This document shows, piece by piece, positions 38,144-49,425 of a stretch of DNA of 64,000 nt. This DNA comes from Candidatus Eiseniibacteriota bacterium (GTDB lineage Bacteria > Eisenbacteria > RBG-16-71-46): the NCBI GenBank assembly GCA_963725865.1, contig CAVSAC010000010.1, forward strand, positions 480,001 to 544,000, given 5' to 3'. Both the position numbers and the translations under genes were made by a program. Each line of letters opens with the position of its first letter. Within the stretch, counting starts at the first letter, position 1. The notes beneath the pieces are model-generated. The model was not told where the DNA came from. It did no database searches and worked only from the letters and a program-made list of their open reading frames with translations.

Positions 38144-41002
38144 ATGGCCGGATATCGCGACACGCTGAACCTGCCCAAGACCGAGTTCCCGATGAAGGGC
38201 GACCTCGTCCGCCGCGAGCCCGAGCGGATCGCGTGGTGGAAGGAGCGCGACCTCTACCGGGCGCTGCGGCTGCGGCGCGCGGGGGCGGCGGTCTACCTGC
38301 TCCACGACGGGCCGCCGTACTCGAACGGCCACCTCCACATGGGCACCGCCGCGAACAAGATCTGGAAGGACGCCGCGGTGCGGCAGGCCAGCCTGATGGG
38401 CTTCGACGCGCCCTACGTGCCGGGCTGGGACAACCACGGCATGCCGATCGAGGTGCAGGTCAGCAAGGAGTTCCGCCAGAAGGGCGAGCAGCCGGACGTG
38501 ATCACGCTGCGGCGCCGCTGCCGCGAGTACGCCCAGGAGTGGGTGCGCACCCAGCGCGCGGAGTTCGAGCGGCTCGGCGTGTGGGGCGACTGGGACGATC
38601 CCTACCTCACGATGGCGCCGCGCTTCGAGGCCGAGATCCTGCGCACGTTCGGGGTGCTCGCCCAGCGCGGCTTCGTGCAGCGCGGGCTGCGCTCGATCCA
38701 CTGGTGCCCGACCGATCGGACCGCGCTCGCGGTGGCCGAGATCGAGTACCAGGACGATCCCTCGCCGTCCATCCACGTCGCGTTCCCGCTGCTCGCCGAC
38801 CGCGACGGCGCGCTGGCGGGCCACGCTCCGGTCGCGGCGGTGGCGTGGACCACCACGCCGTGGACGCTGCCCGCGAACCTCGGGTTGATGGTGGACCCGG
38901 CACAGACCTACGCGGTCGTCCAGGTCGCGGACCGGCGCTTCATCGTGGCCGAGGCGCGGGTCGAGGCGGTGGCGCAGGCGGCCGGCTGGAGCACGCACGC
39001 GGTGGTGGCGCGACTGCCGGGGGCCCGGCTGGTGGGTGTCGAGTTCGAGGGCCCGTGGGGCCGTCCGTCGCGCGTGGTCGACGGCACGCCGTACGTCAGC
39101 ATGGAGGAGGGCACCGGGCTGGTGCACACCGCACCCGGCCACGGCCAGGAGGACTTCACGGTCGGCCAGCGCAGCGGGCTGATCCCGGCGAGCCTCGCGG
39201 CGCACGGCGCCGACGCGGCCCAGGCGCTCACGCGCATCTGCCCGGTCGACGAGGCCGGCCGCTTCCTGGCGGGCGCCGAGCCGTTCGTGGGGCGCAGCGT
39301 GCTCGAGGTCAACGCCGACATCGTCGCGTGGCTGCGCGAGCGCGGCCGGCTGCTCGCCGCCTCCACGTTCACGCACTCGTACCCGCACTGCTGGCGCTGC
39401 CGGCAGCCGGTGATCTTCCGCGCCACCGAGCAGTGGTTCATGATCATCGACCACGCTGGCCACCGCGACCGCGCGCTGCACGCGATCGAGCACGAAGTGC
39501 GCTGGGACCCGGAGTCGAGCCAGAACCGCATCCGCGAGTCGGTGCGCAGCCGCCCCGACTGGTGCCTCTCGCGCCAGCGCGCCTGGGGCGTCGGCATCCC
39601 GGCGGTGTACTGCCCCGAGGGCCACGCCATCCTCGACCCGGTGCTGATCGAGAAGGTCGCCGTGCTCACCGAGGAGCGCGGCTCCGAGGCCTGGTACGAG
39701 CGCCCCGTGCAGGAGTTCTTGCCGGTCGGCTTCCAGTGCCCGCGCTGCACGTCGCGCGGCCCGTTCCGCAAGGAGACGGACATCCTCGACGTGTGGTTCG
39801 ACTCCGGCTCCACGCATCGCGCGGTGCAGGTCACGCACCCGGCGCTGAAGCCGCTCTGGGAGCGCGCGCTGCGGGAGTCGCGCGCCGGGGGTGCGGGCCG
39901 CGTGCTCTACCTCGAGGGCCCCGACCAGCATCGCGGCTGGTTCAACTCGTCCCTGATGGTGAGCGTGGGCACGACCGACCACGCTCCCTACACCGACGTC
40001 GCCACCCACGGCTGGGTACTCGACTCGCAGGGCCGCGCGATGCACAAGTCGCTCGGCAACGTGATCGCGCCCGAGGAGATCGTGAAGCGCCACGGCGCCG
40101 AGATCGTGCGCTGGTGGGCTCTGGCCACCGACTGGCGCAACGACGTGCGGGTCGGCGACGAGATCCTGCAGCGCGTCGCGGAGGCGTACCGCAAGGTGCG
40201 GAACACGTTCCGCTTCCTGCTCGGCAACCTCAGCGACTTCGGCCCCGCGGACGTGCTGCCCGACGAGCGCCTGACGCCGGTGGACCGCGCGTTCGTCCGC
40301 CACCTGCGCGCGCGGATCGAGCGCATGCGCGAGGTGTACGAGGGGCTCCAGTTCCATCGCGCGCTCGACGCGCTGCTCGACGTGTGCACGGTGGACCTCT
40401 CGAGCGTGTTCCTCGACTTCTCGAAGGACCGCCTCTACACGCTGGCGCCGGCCGACCCGGCGCGGCGCTCGGCGCAGACCGTGCTGTGGGAGGCGCTGCG
40501 AGGGCTCGCGATCGCGGCCTCGCCGGCGCTCGCGTTCACGGCCGAGGAGGCGTGGCAGCACCATCCCGGCCTGCTCGCCGAGCAGCCGAGCGTGCACCTG
40601 GCGGACTGGCCGCGCGTGGACGCGGCGCGGCGCGACGAGGCGGAGTGGGCGCTGCTGCAGGAGCTGCGCGACGCCGTCAACGCCGCGATCGAGCCGCTGC
40701 GCGCGTCGAAGGTGATGAACGAGACCAAGGAGGCCGAGGTGGTGGTGGCCGCCCCCGCGGCCGCGCTCGCGCACCTGCGACCCTACGCGGACGGACTCGC
40801 GGACCTGCTCATCGTGACGTCGGTGACGCTCGTCGAGGGCGCAGCGCCGGCCGGCGGCACCTACTCGGTGACCGCCCGCCGCACGGAGTTCGCGAAGTGC
40901 GATCGCTGCTGGAACCACCGCCCCGACGTCGGCCCCGCCGGCGTGTGCGGCCGCTGCACGGGAGTGCTGGAGGCGACCGGGCGGACGCCGGGCACGGCCT
41001 AG
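38144..41002 (+). CDS. ileS: Isoleucine--tRNA ligase (IleRS1 type, C-terminal Zn finger)
   Basis: TLNLPKTEFPM, HDGPPY, WTTTPWTLPAN, GTGLVHTAPGHG, DWCLSRQR, EGPDQHRGWF, C-terminal CDRCW..CGRC. Confidence 0.97.
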   Translation: MAGYRDTLNLPKTEFPMKGDLVRREPERIAWWKERDLYRALRLRRAGAAVYLLHDGPPYSNGHLHMGTAANKIWKDAAVRQASLMGFDAPYVPGWDNHGMPIEVQVSKEFRQKGEQPDVITLRRRCREYAQEWVRTQRAEFERLGVWGDWDDPYLTMAPRFEAEILRTFGVLAQRGFVQRGLRSIHWCPTDRTALAVAEIEYQDDPSPSIHVAFPLLADRDGALAGHAPVAAVAWTTTPWTLPANLGLMVDPAQTYAVVQVADRRFIVAEARVEAVAQAAGWSTHAVVARLPGARLVGVEFEGPWGRPSRVVDGTPYVSMEEGTGLVHTAPGHGQEDFTVGQRSGLIPASLAAHGADAAQALTRICPVDEAGRFLAGAEPFVGRSVLEVNADIVAWLRERGRLLAASTFTHSYPHCWRCRQPVIFRATEQWFMIIDHAGHRDRALHAIEHEVRWDPESSQNRIRESVRSRPDWCLSRQRAWGVGIPAVYCPEGHAILDPVLIEKVAVLTEERGSEAWYERPVQEFLPVGFQCPRCTSRGPFRKETDILDVWFDSGSTHRAVQVTHPALKPLWERALRESRAGGAGRVLYLEGPDQHRGWFNSSLMVSVGTTDHAPYTDVATHGWVLDSQGRAMHKSLGNVIAPEEIVKRHGAEIVRWWALATDWRNDVRVGDEILQRVAEAYRKVRNTFRFLLGNLSDFGPADVLPDERLTPVDRAFVRHLRARIERMREVYEGLQFHRALDALLDVCTVDLSSVFLDFSKDRLYTLAPADPARRSAQTVLWEALRGLAIAASPALAFTAEEAWQHHPGLLAEQPSVHLADWPRVDAARRDEAEWALLQELRDAVNAAIEPLRASKVMNETKEAEVVVAAPAAALAHLRPYADGLADLLIVTSVTLVEGAAPAGGTYSVTARRTEFAKCDRCWNHRPDVGPAGVCGRCTGVLEATGRTPGTA

Positions 41003-41003
41003 G

Positions 41004-42062
41004 TGTGAAGTCTAGACAGGTTGTTCACTGGGCGCCTTCAGTCGGCTGAAGGGTGGCAGGCCGGCAAGACTGCCGTGCGGACGCTCACGGTTGTAGTAGC
41101 GCAGCCAGGAGCGCAGCGCCCGGATCCGCAGGCTCGAGTTGCGGTAGGGCATTGCGTACGCCCACTCGCGGAGCAGGGTCTGGATGAAGCGCTCGGCCTT
41201 GCCGTTGGTGCACGGGCGATAGGGCCGGGTGCGCAGATGGCGGAGCCGGAGCGCTGCACAGCCCGCCGCGAACCGCCGCGAGCAATAGCCCGAACCGTTG
41301 TCGGTCATGATGCGCTCCACCTGCACGCCGAGACGTCCGAACCAGGCGAAGGCGCGCCGCAGGAAGCCGACGCTGGTCGCCCCCGTCTCATCGCGCAGCA
41401 CCTCCACGTAGGCCAGCCGCGAGGCATCGTCGATCGCTACATGCACGTACTCCCAGCCCGCACCGCGACACTTGCGGCGGTAGTCCCCGGTGATGCGGTG
41501 CCCGATCAGCCCGGCGATGCGCCCCAGCTTCTTCACGTCGAGATGCACCAACTCCCCGGGCCGCTCGCGCTGGTAGCGTCGCACCGGCTCGGCGGGCTGC
41601 GGGCTGCGCAGGCGGGCGAGTCCGGCGCGGCGCAGGATCAAGGCCACGGTCGAGCGCGGCCGCTGCAGCTGGGCGGCGATCCGCGCCCCGGTCATCCGCG
41701 TCTGCCGCAGCTCCAGGATCAGCTGCTGCCACTCGGCCGGCGTGGCCCGCGGCATCCGCCGCGGCCGCGAACTGCAGTCCGCCAGTCCGGCGGGGCCTTG
41801 CTCGCGATAGCGCCGCAGCCATTTGAAGACGCTGCGTCGGCTCAGGCCCGCGGCCGCCGCGGCCGCACTGATCGACCAGCCCTGCTCAGTGATCCGACGC
41901 ACCAACAGGGCTCGACTCGCCCGGCAGCTTCGTGCTCCACTGTGAACGTTCATCCGGGGCTCCTCTCAGTTGGGGTGGGATGGCTTCGACACCACCCAAA
42001 CTCCAACAGAAGGACCCCGGTTGAACAGAGGACCTCAGTGAACAACCTCTTTGGACTTCACA
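41004..42062 (-). mobile_element. Complete IS481-family insertion sequence (1059 bp)
   Basis: TGT...ACA ends; 27-bp terminal inverted repeats, 24/27 identical; 6-bp target duplication CCTAGG at 40998-41003 and 42063-42068. Confidence 0.95.
41012..41953 (-). CDS. IS481-family DDE transposase
   Basis: MNVH.. N-terminus, HTH, PGELVHLDVKKLG, AIDDASR, MTDNG, TNGKAERF, YN..RPH. Confidence 0.95.
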   Translation of the reverse strand: MNVHSGARSCRASRALLVRRITEQGWSISAAAAAAGLSRRSVFKWLRRYREQGPAGLADCSSRPRRMPRATPAEWQQLILELRQTRMTGARIAAQLQRPRSTVALILRRAGLARLRSPQPAEPVRRYQRERPGELVHLDVKKLGRIAGLIGHRITGDYRRKCRGAGWEYVHVAIDDASRLAYVEVLRDETGATSVGFLRRAFAWFGRLGVQVERIMTDNGSGYCSRRFAAGCAALRLRHLRTRPYRPCTNGKAERFIQTLLREWAYAMPYRNSSLRIRALRSWLRYYNRERPHGSLAGLPPFSRLKAPSEQPV

Positions 42063-42063
42063 C

Positions 42064-42717
42064 CTAGGGCGAGCCCGGAAGTTCCAGTTCGGCCTGGCGC
42101 GGATATCGCCTCTTGAGGTCGAGCACCAGCTGGCGGAACGCCGGCGTATCGCCCTGGAGCGGCACGTGGTCGGTGTCGATCTCGAGCACCTCGAGCTCGC
42201 CGCGCGCCCGGCGCATCCAGTCGTCGTACGCGCGGTTCAGGCGCGCGATGTAGTCGATGCCGATGCCCTGCTCGCTCGGCCGGCCGCGGCGCGAGATACG
42301 CTCCATGAGCGTCTCGGGGCTCGCGCGCAGGTAGAGGATGACGTCCGGCTTGCGCAGGTAGCTCGTCAGCACGTGGAAGAGCGCGGTGTAGTTCTCGTAG
42401 TCCACCCGCGTCATCGAGCCCTGCTCGTGCAGGGTGCGCGCGAAGATCTCCGCGTCCTCGTAGATGGTGCGGTCCTGGATGAACGGCACCGGGCTGCGCC
42501 CGATCTCGACCTGCGCCTTGAAACGCTCGCTGAGGAAGTAGATCTGGAGGTGGAAGCTCCAGCGCGACATGTCGGCGTAGAACATGTCGAGATAGGGATT
42601 CTGGATGACCGGCTCGAAGTACGCCTCCCACCCCAGCTCCTCGCTCAGGCGGGTCGTGAGTTCGGTCTTGCCCACTCCGATGTTGCCGGCGATGGCGAGG
42701 AAGTAGCCCTGACTCAA
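42064..42717 (-). CDS. Deoxynucleoside kinase (dAK/dCK/dGK family)
   Basis: IAGNIGVGKT, EPV..NPYL..FY, QDRTIYED..IF, RI..RGR..E; TTG start inferred. Confidence 0.92.
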   Translation of the reverse strand: MSQGYFLAIAGNIGVGKTELTTRLSEELGWEAYFEPVIQNPYLDMFYADMSRWSFHLQIYFLSERFKAQVEIGRSPVPFIQDRTIYEDAEIFARTLHEQGSMTRVDYENYTALFHVLTSYLRKPDVILYLRASPETLMERISRRGRPSEQGIGIDYIARLNRAYDDWMRRARGELEVLEIDTDHVPLQGDTPAFRQLVLDLKRRYPRQAELELPGSP

Positions 42718-42862
42718 GCGAGATCCCTCTCTGTCGTCGAGAAGTCGGAAAGCCGGGTGGCGGAGGGGCCCGGGACGCATCGCGGACTGCGCGGTCCCGC
42801 CGGGACCCTAGCATCTTCGCCACGCGCGCGAGCGGGAAAAGATCCGACTCCGCGCGCGATCC

Positions 42863-44266
<1,404 letters not shown>

Positions 44267-44268
44267 GC

Positions 44269-46440
44269 TCAGAGCGCCTCCGGCACCGCCGCGAGCGGCT
44301 CCCCGGCCGGCAGCATCACCGTGAACGTGGTGCCCTCGCCGACTCGGCTGGTGACCGTGATGCTGCCGCCGTGCGCCTCGACGATGCTCTTGCACTGCGT
44401 GAGCCCGACACCGAGTCCGGCGGCCTTGGTGGTGCCGAACGGCCGGAACAGGGTGGTGCGGATGAACTCGTCGGTCATCCCCCGCCCGTTGTCACGGACC
44501 TCGAGCACCAGCCGCGGCGCCCCGGTCGCGTCGGGCGCGACCGCGCAGGCGAGGTGGATCTCGCCCGGGCCGGTCAGCGACTCGCGCGCGTTCGTGAGCA
44601 GGTTGACGAGCAGGCGCGACACCAGGCGCCGGTCGAGCGTGACCGGGCCCGCCCCGTGGCACTCGAGCTGGACCTGGATGTCGGGCGCCGCACCGTCCGC
44701 GAGCCCGGCGGCGACGAGCGCCTCGCGCATCACGGTCTTCAGGTCGAGCGACTCCGGGCGCACCTCGGGCGGGCGACCGAGGGCGCTGACCTGCGCCATG
44801 AGGTCGCGCAGGCTGGCCACGGTGCGCTCCACCACGCCGAGCGCGTCGCGCTGGAACTCCGGATTGCCGAGGTGCCTGCGCGCGTTCTCGACCACCAGCG
44901 AGAGCCCCGAGACCTGGTTCTTGATGTCGTGGAGCACGAACGAGGCGAGGCGGTTCAGCGACTCCAGCTGGCGGGTTTCGGCGAGCATCTCGGCCTGGCG
45001 CGCGAACCACAGCGCGGCGGCGAGCTGGCGCGACATCGCGCCGAGGAACTCGGCGTCCTCCTGCGAGTAGTCCTCGTCGGTGCGCTTCTGCGACAGCCAC
45101 AGCAGCCCGACCATCTGGTCCCCGACCGACAGCGGGGCAACCATCGCGGCGTCGAGGGCGTGCACGGTCTCGCGGTTCGCGACCATCACGGCCACCAGGT
45201 CCAGGTCCTGCGCCAGGTCGGCGAACAGCAGCGGCTCCCGCACCGCCGCCAGGTGCTGCACCAGCGGATCGTCCGCCGGGATCACCAGCGCCACGCTGGA
45301 CGGGCCGTGCAGCCGCCGGTACGGGGAGCCGCCCGGCGCCGGGGCCCGGTCGTCGCGCAGGTAGATGGCGATGCGCTCGGCCTCGAACATCGAGCAGACC
45401 AGCGTGTCGATCTGCCGGCACACGTCCTCGGGTCGCGCGGTTGGCGTGATGGCCGCGCTGACACGCTCCCACTCGCGCCGGTAGTCGTAGCGGTTCGCGT
45501 AGAAGTTGCGGTCGATGAACCGCTTCACCGAGCGGTTGGCGCGCGGGCTCACGAGCAGGATCAGCCCGCCGCCGCCGGCGAGCGCGTAGAACGCGAGGCT
45601 CGCGACGTGCTTCCACTCCGGGGTGAGCACCGGCAGGATCCGGGACAGCACCGCCATCGCGAGCAGGAACACGCCCGCGAGCGTGAGCGAGACCGAGGAG
45701 TAGTAGATGACCGGCCGCGCCACCGGCACGCTCATGTCCGAGAGCCGCTGGCGCGCGAGGGAGAAGGACGTCATCACGCCCGAGATGAACACCGGCGCCG
45801 CGCAGGCCGCCAGCCAGCGGACGCGCAGCCCGGAGTAGAGCAGCCCGCCCGAGATCACCAGCAGGTAGGCGAGCACCGCCACCAGGAACGCGAGGTACAT
45901 CGGCCGCAGGCGGCGCTGCGCGGCCGCCGGCGCGGTGCGCAGCATGCGCTCGAGGTTCATGAGCACCGCCACCATCACGACCACCAGGTACATGAGGTAG
46001 ATCTTGCCCATCGTGCCGAGCAGCACCACCGCATCGCCCGCGCGGCCGACCACCCCTTCCACCACGAACGGGGTGTTGGCGGCGAACGCCATGCCGATGC
46101 AGCCCACGAGCGCGAGCGCCAGGTAGGCCCCGGCGCCGCGGATCTCCGGCCACGGATCGCTCCGCGCCAGCACCACGCTCAGGATCAGCCACAGCCACGA
46201 GGCCAGCGCCGACACGAACGCGAGGTACGACGCCCACGGTCGTGCCGTCGCTTCGCTGCTCGCGTACAGGATTCCGAGCGTGCCCGCCTGGAAGGCGGCC
46301 ATGCTCAGGAACGCCGACGCGAAGACCAGCGTGGTGAGCCAGTGACCGCGGCGCAGCAGGGCCAGCATGCCGATCACCGCGGCGAGCATCGCGCTCGCGG
46401 TGACGGTCGCTGCCTGCAGCGGCGAATCCAGCAGGATCAT
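44269..46440 (-). CDS. prsK: PrsK-like membrane histidine kinase (PEP-CTERM system)
   Basis: Multi-TM N-terminus, [51 protein letters not shown]. Confidence 0.9.
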   Translation of the reverse strand: MILLDSPLQAATVTASAMLAAVIGMLALLRRGHWLTTLVFASAFLSMAAFQAGTLGILYASSEATARPWASYLAFVSALASWLWLILSVVLARSDPWPEIRGAGAYLALALVGCIGMAFAANTPFVVEGVVGRAGDAVVLLGTMGKIYLMYLVVVMVAVLMNLERMLRTAPAAAQRRLRPMYLAFLVAVLAYLLVISGGLLYSGLRVRWLAACAAPVFISGVMTSFSLARQRLSDMSVPVARPVIYYSSVSLTLAGVFLLAMAVLSRILPVLTPEWKHVASLAFYALAGGGGLILLVSPRANRSVKRFIDRNFYANRYDYRREWERVSAAITPTARPEDVCRQIDTLVCSMFEAERIAIYLRDDRAPAPGGSPYRRLHGPSSVALVIPADDPLVQHLAAVREPLLFADLAQDLDLVAVMVANRETVHALDAAMVAPLSVGDQMVGLLWLSQKRTDEDYSQEDAEFLGAMSRQLAAALWFARQAEMLAETRQLESLNRLASFVLHDIKNQVSGLSLVVENARRHLGNPEFQRDALGVVERTVASLRDLMAQVSALGRPPEVRPESLDLKTVMREALVAAGLADGAAPDIQVQLECHGAGPVTLDRRLVSRLLVNLLTNARESLTGPGEIHLACAVAPDATGAPRLVLEVRDNGRGMTDEFIRTTLFRPFGTTKAAGLGVGLTQCKSIVEAHGGSITVTSRVGEGTTFTVMLPAGEPLAAVPEAL

Positions 46441-47960
46441 CGGTCTCCTCGCTCCGTGCCCGACCGCAAGCGGTCGAGCTCGGCCTCCGCCGCGCGGCGC
46501 GCGGAACCCACCACGCTCCGCTCGGCGACGTCACGGAACAACGATTCCGCCGCGGCCCGTCCTCCCGGCCGCGCCAGCGCCCGCCGGGCGGCGGCGAGTC
46601 CTGCCGTGGCCGCGCCCGGCCGGCCGGGATCGGACCGCCACACCTCGGTGAGCGCCTGCTCGGCCCCGGCGTCCCCGAGTTGCTCGAGGACCTCGGCCCG
46701 GGTCTGGCGCGCGCCGAAGGATACATCCTGGTCGTGCTGCGTGGCGATGATGCGATCCAGCATCTCGATCGCCTGGGCACCCTCGATGCGCGCGAGCGCG
46801 TCCTCGCCGCGCTCGTGGTGGTGCGCCACGATCCTCAACAGGCCCGCCAGCGCCAGCGCATGGGTGGGCTCGGCCGCGCTCAGCGCACGGTACTCGCTGC
46901 GCGCCTGCTCCCAGCGCCCCAGCCGCTCCAGCAGCGTGGCGCGCCGCGAGCGGGCCTCGGCCGCCAGGTCGGGAGCGTCGCCGTAGTCGTCGATCACCGT
47001 CGCCCACACGGCCAGGGCGGAATCGGGCGGGCCGCTCGCCTCCCAGGCCAGCGCCTCCAGCCGCAGCCCGGCCGCGCGCGCGCGCCTGCCGAAGCCGTCG
47101 CGCGCCCAGCGCGCGTACGCGCGGCTGGTGTCCGCCTGCCCGAGGTCGAGCGCGCGCTGCGCCAGCAGCAGCACCGTCTGCGGCGCGCCCGCGCGAGCCT
47201 CGGGGATGGCCAGCACGCGGCGCAGCGCGGAGTAGGCGCCGGGCGCGTCGCCCAGCGAGGCGCGCGCCTCGCCGAGTCGCGTCCAGACGGCGGCCGCGAT
47301 GAGCGGGTCGCGCTCGACCGCGAGCATCCGCTCGAAGCGCCCCGCGGCCGCCGTCAGCAGCGAATCGGCGGCGTGCTCCTCGCCCATGTCCGCGAGCGTG
47401 CGCGCGGCGAGCAGCGGCGCGTCGAGCACCTCTTCGCGCACGTGCTCGCCGGATCCGAACGCGTCGAACGTGGCCACCTGCGCCCACGCGGCGGCCGACT
47501 CGGCGTCGCGGCCCTGCGCGTCGAGCAGCCGCGCCCGCGCGATCCACGCGTCGAGCGCCACGGCGCCGACCGCCGACCAGTCCCGCAGCGCGGTCTCGTA
47601 TCGCTCCAGCGCGACCTGGGGCCGGCCCCGCAGCTCCTCGAACGCGCCGTCGGCGACCACCGCTCGTCCCACCGTCAGCGCCACGTCGCGCGCGGCTCCG
47701 GCACGCGCGGAGCGCGGTGCCCAGGTCGCGGCGGGCCAGCGCGCCGCGATCGCCCGGTACGCGCGCTCGGCGCCCGTCCACTGCGCCTCGCTCGCCAGGG
47801 TCGGCTCGAGCCGGATGCGCGCGACCATCCGCGCGGCGTGCCAGGCCGCGCGTTCGGCCTGCCAGCGCTGCCACAGCGTGTCGTCGCCGCAGCCGGCCAG
47901 CATCCCGGCGAGCGCGGCGAGCGCCGCGAGCGTGGAGAAGTGCCCGCTGCGGTGGCTCAT
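46437..47960 (-). CDS. TPR-repeat lipoprotein (possible PrsT analogue)
   Basis: Lipobox LAG-C; Ala/Leu/Arg-rich helical repeats; coupled to prsK. Confidence 0.7.
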   Translation of the reverse strand: MSHRSGHFSTLAALAALAGMLAGCGDDTLWQRWQAERAAWHAARMVARIRLEPTLASEAQWTGAERAYRAIAARWPAATWAPRSARAGAARDVALTVGRAVVADGAFEELRGRPQVALERYETALRDWSAVGAVALDAWIARARLLDAQGRDAESAAAWAQVATFDAFGSGEHVREEVLDAPLLAARTLADMGEEHAADSLLTAAAGRFERMLAVERDPLIAAAVWTRLGEARASLGDAPGAYSALRRVLAIPEARAGAPQTVLLLAQRALDLGQADTSRAYARWARDGFGRRARAAGLRLEALAWEASGPPDSALAVWATVIDDYGDAPDLAAEARSRRATLLERLGRWEQARSEYRALSAAEPTHALALAGLLRIVAHHHERGEDALARIEGAQAIEMLDRIIATQHDQDVSFGARQTRAEVLEQLGDAGAEQALTEVWRSDPGRPGAATAGLAAARRALARPGGRAAAESLFRDVAERSVVGSARRAAEAELDRLRSGTERGDR

Positions 47961-48784
47961 GCGCGTTCCTCCACGGCGCCGAGGAACACCAGCGTGCCGG
48001 CGCCGAGCGCCACGAACCAGGCGACCAGCCCGAGCGCGACCCGCACGCCGAGCAGCGTCGCCACCAGCTCGGGGGTGCCGCGCTCGACCAGCGGCGCGGG
48101 ATTGGCGAGCAGTCCGCCGAGGATCGCCGGCGGCAGCAGCGCGACCGCGCACGGCAGCAGCCCGCCGAGCAGGCCGCGGGCCCAGGCGCGTGGCAGCGCG
48201 GCGAGCGCGCGTGGCGCGCCGCGGCGCTCGAGCATCACCAACGCCGGCAGGTAGAGCGCGGCGAGCAGGATCGCTGCGCGCGCGATCGCGAACAGCGGCG
48301 GCGCGAGTATCCCCCCAAGCCCGCCCCCCGGCGTCCGCGCCGCCACAAAGCCGAGCGCCGCCAGCAGCAGGTGCGCGGGCAGCGTCGCGAGCGCCAGTGC
48401 CGGCCAGCGCGCGACGGCGGCGGCCAGCGCGGCACCCGCCTGCGGACGCCCGCCGCGGAAGAACGTCGCGAACGCGTGCGTCGCGGCCCCCGCGACCAGC
48501 GAGCCCACCAGCCAGAGCAGGACCGCGTCGCCACGTGCGAACAGTCCCGGCAGCGCGCGGAAGCCGTCGGGAAAGTGCAGCGCGCGCTCCCCGGCGAGCC
48601 GTGCCACCAACGGCGCGAACGCCCAGGCGAACGCGGGGTGGCTGGGCACGGTGAGCGCCACCACCAGCCCGACCTCGACCACCGCCAGCGGGGCGAACGC
48701 GGCCCACAGCGCGGGGCGGAACAACTCGCGCACGGCGCGGCCGAGGCCCTGCGCTCCCAGCGCCAGCTGCTCGAACGGCCTCAT
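47957..48784 (-). CDS. Hypothetical multi-pass membrane protein
   Basis: About six hydrophobic segments; ATGA overlaps at both ends. Confidence 0.7.
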   Translation of the reverse strand: MRPFEQLALGAQGLGRAVRELFRPALWAAFAPLAVVEVGLVVALTVPSHPAFAWAFAPLVARLAGERALHFPDGFRALPGLFARGDAVLLWLVGSLVAGAATHAFATFFRGGRPQAGAALAAAVARWPALALATLPAHLLLAALGFVAARTPGGGLGGILAPPLFAIARAAILLAALYLPALVMLERRGAPRALAALPRAWARGLLGGLLPCAVALLPPAILGGLLANPAPLVERGTPELVATLLGVRVALGLVAWFVALGAGTLVFLGAVEERA

Positions 48785-49425
48785 CGCGCGCCTCCCTGGA
48801 CCGCCGCGCTCGCGAACAGCGGGGGCAGCTCGCGCGTGACCCGCAGGCCGAAGTCCTGCAGCCGCGCCTCGGCGGCCGCCACGCCGTCCTCCTCCACCAG
48901 CGTCTCCACCCGCACGAACGCGCCCCAGGAGCGATTCTCGAGCATGCCGCGGAGCGCCATGCGCTGGCGGAACGCTCCCGCGTCGGCGGTGGTGAGTCCG
49001 GTCGTGGTCCACCAGTAGTACACCAGCCGCTCGTCGTGGGGCCGCTTGGCCACGAAGCGGTTGGCCACGATCGCCGTCGGGTCGTCCTCCGGGATGCGCA
49101 CGTGCCCGCGGTCCATCAGCGTGTAGCCCTGCGACTCGTAGCACAGCTCGGGGTCGTGCGAGCCGTAGCGGCGGTTCTGGTGGTAGATGAGCAGCAGCCA
49201 CACCGGGTGCCCGTCCCGCTCGTAGCGCCGGATCAACAGGTCGTCCGCCTTCAGCTCGTCGAGCACCGCGTCCTCGAACGACAGCTCGGTCCCGTTCCAC
49301 GCGCCGAAGCGCGTGGGACAGGCGCTCAGCACGCCGTGCCCGAGCGCCAGGTTCGCGGGCGGATGGAGGCCCACGTACGCGGCGGTCCCTCCCAGCAGCG
49401 CCGCGACGACGAGGAAGCGGATCAT
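48781..49425 (-). CDS. epsI: EpsI family exosortase-associated protein
   Basis: P..FGAW.G, LKADDLLIRRY, HDPELCY..QGY, VYYWW; follows the exosortase. Confidence 0.87.
   Translation of the reverse strand: MIRFLVVAALLGGTAAYVGLHPPANLALGHGVLSACPTRFGAWNGTELSFEDAVLDELKADDLLIRRYERDGHPVWLLLIYHQNRRYGSHDPELCYESQGYTLMDRGHVRIPEDDPTAIVANRFVAKRPHDERLVYYWWTTTGLTTADAGAFRQRMALRGMLENRSWGAFVRVETLVEEDGVAAAEARLQDFGLRVTRELPPLFASAAVQGGAR

Noticed and set aside
37931..40918. 995-aa ORF antisense to ileS, and a 938-aa alternative plus-strand frame
   Set aside because: Shadow frames of a GC3-biased gene with no recognisable domains.
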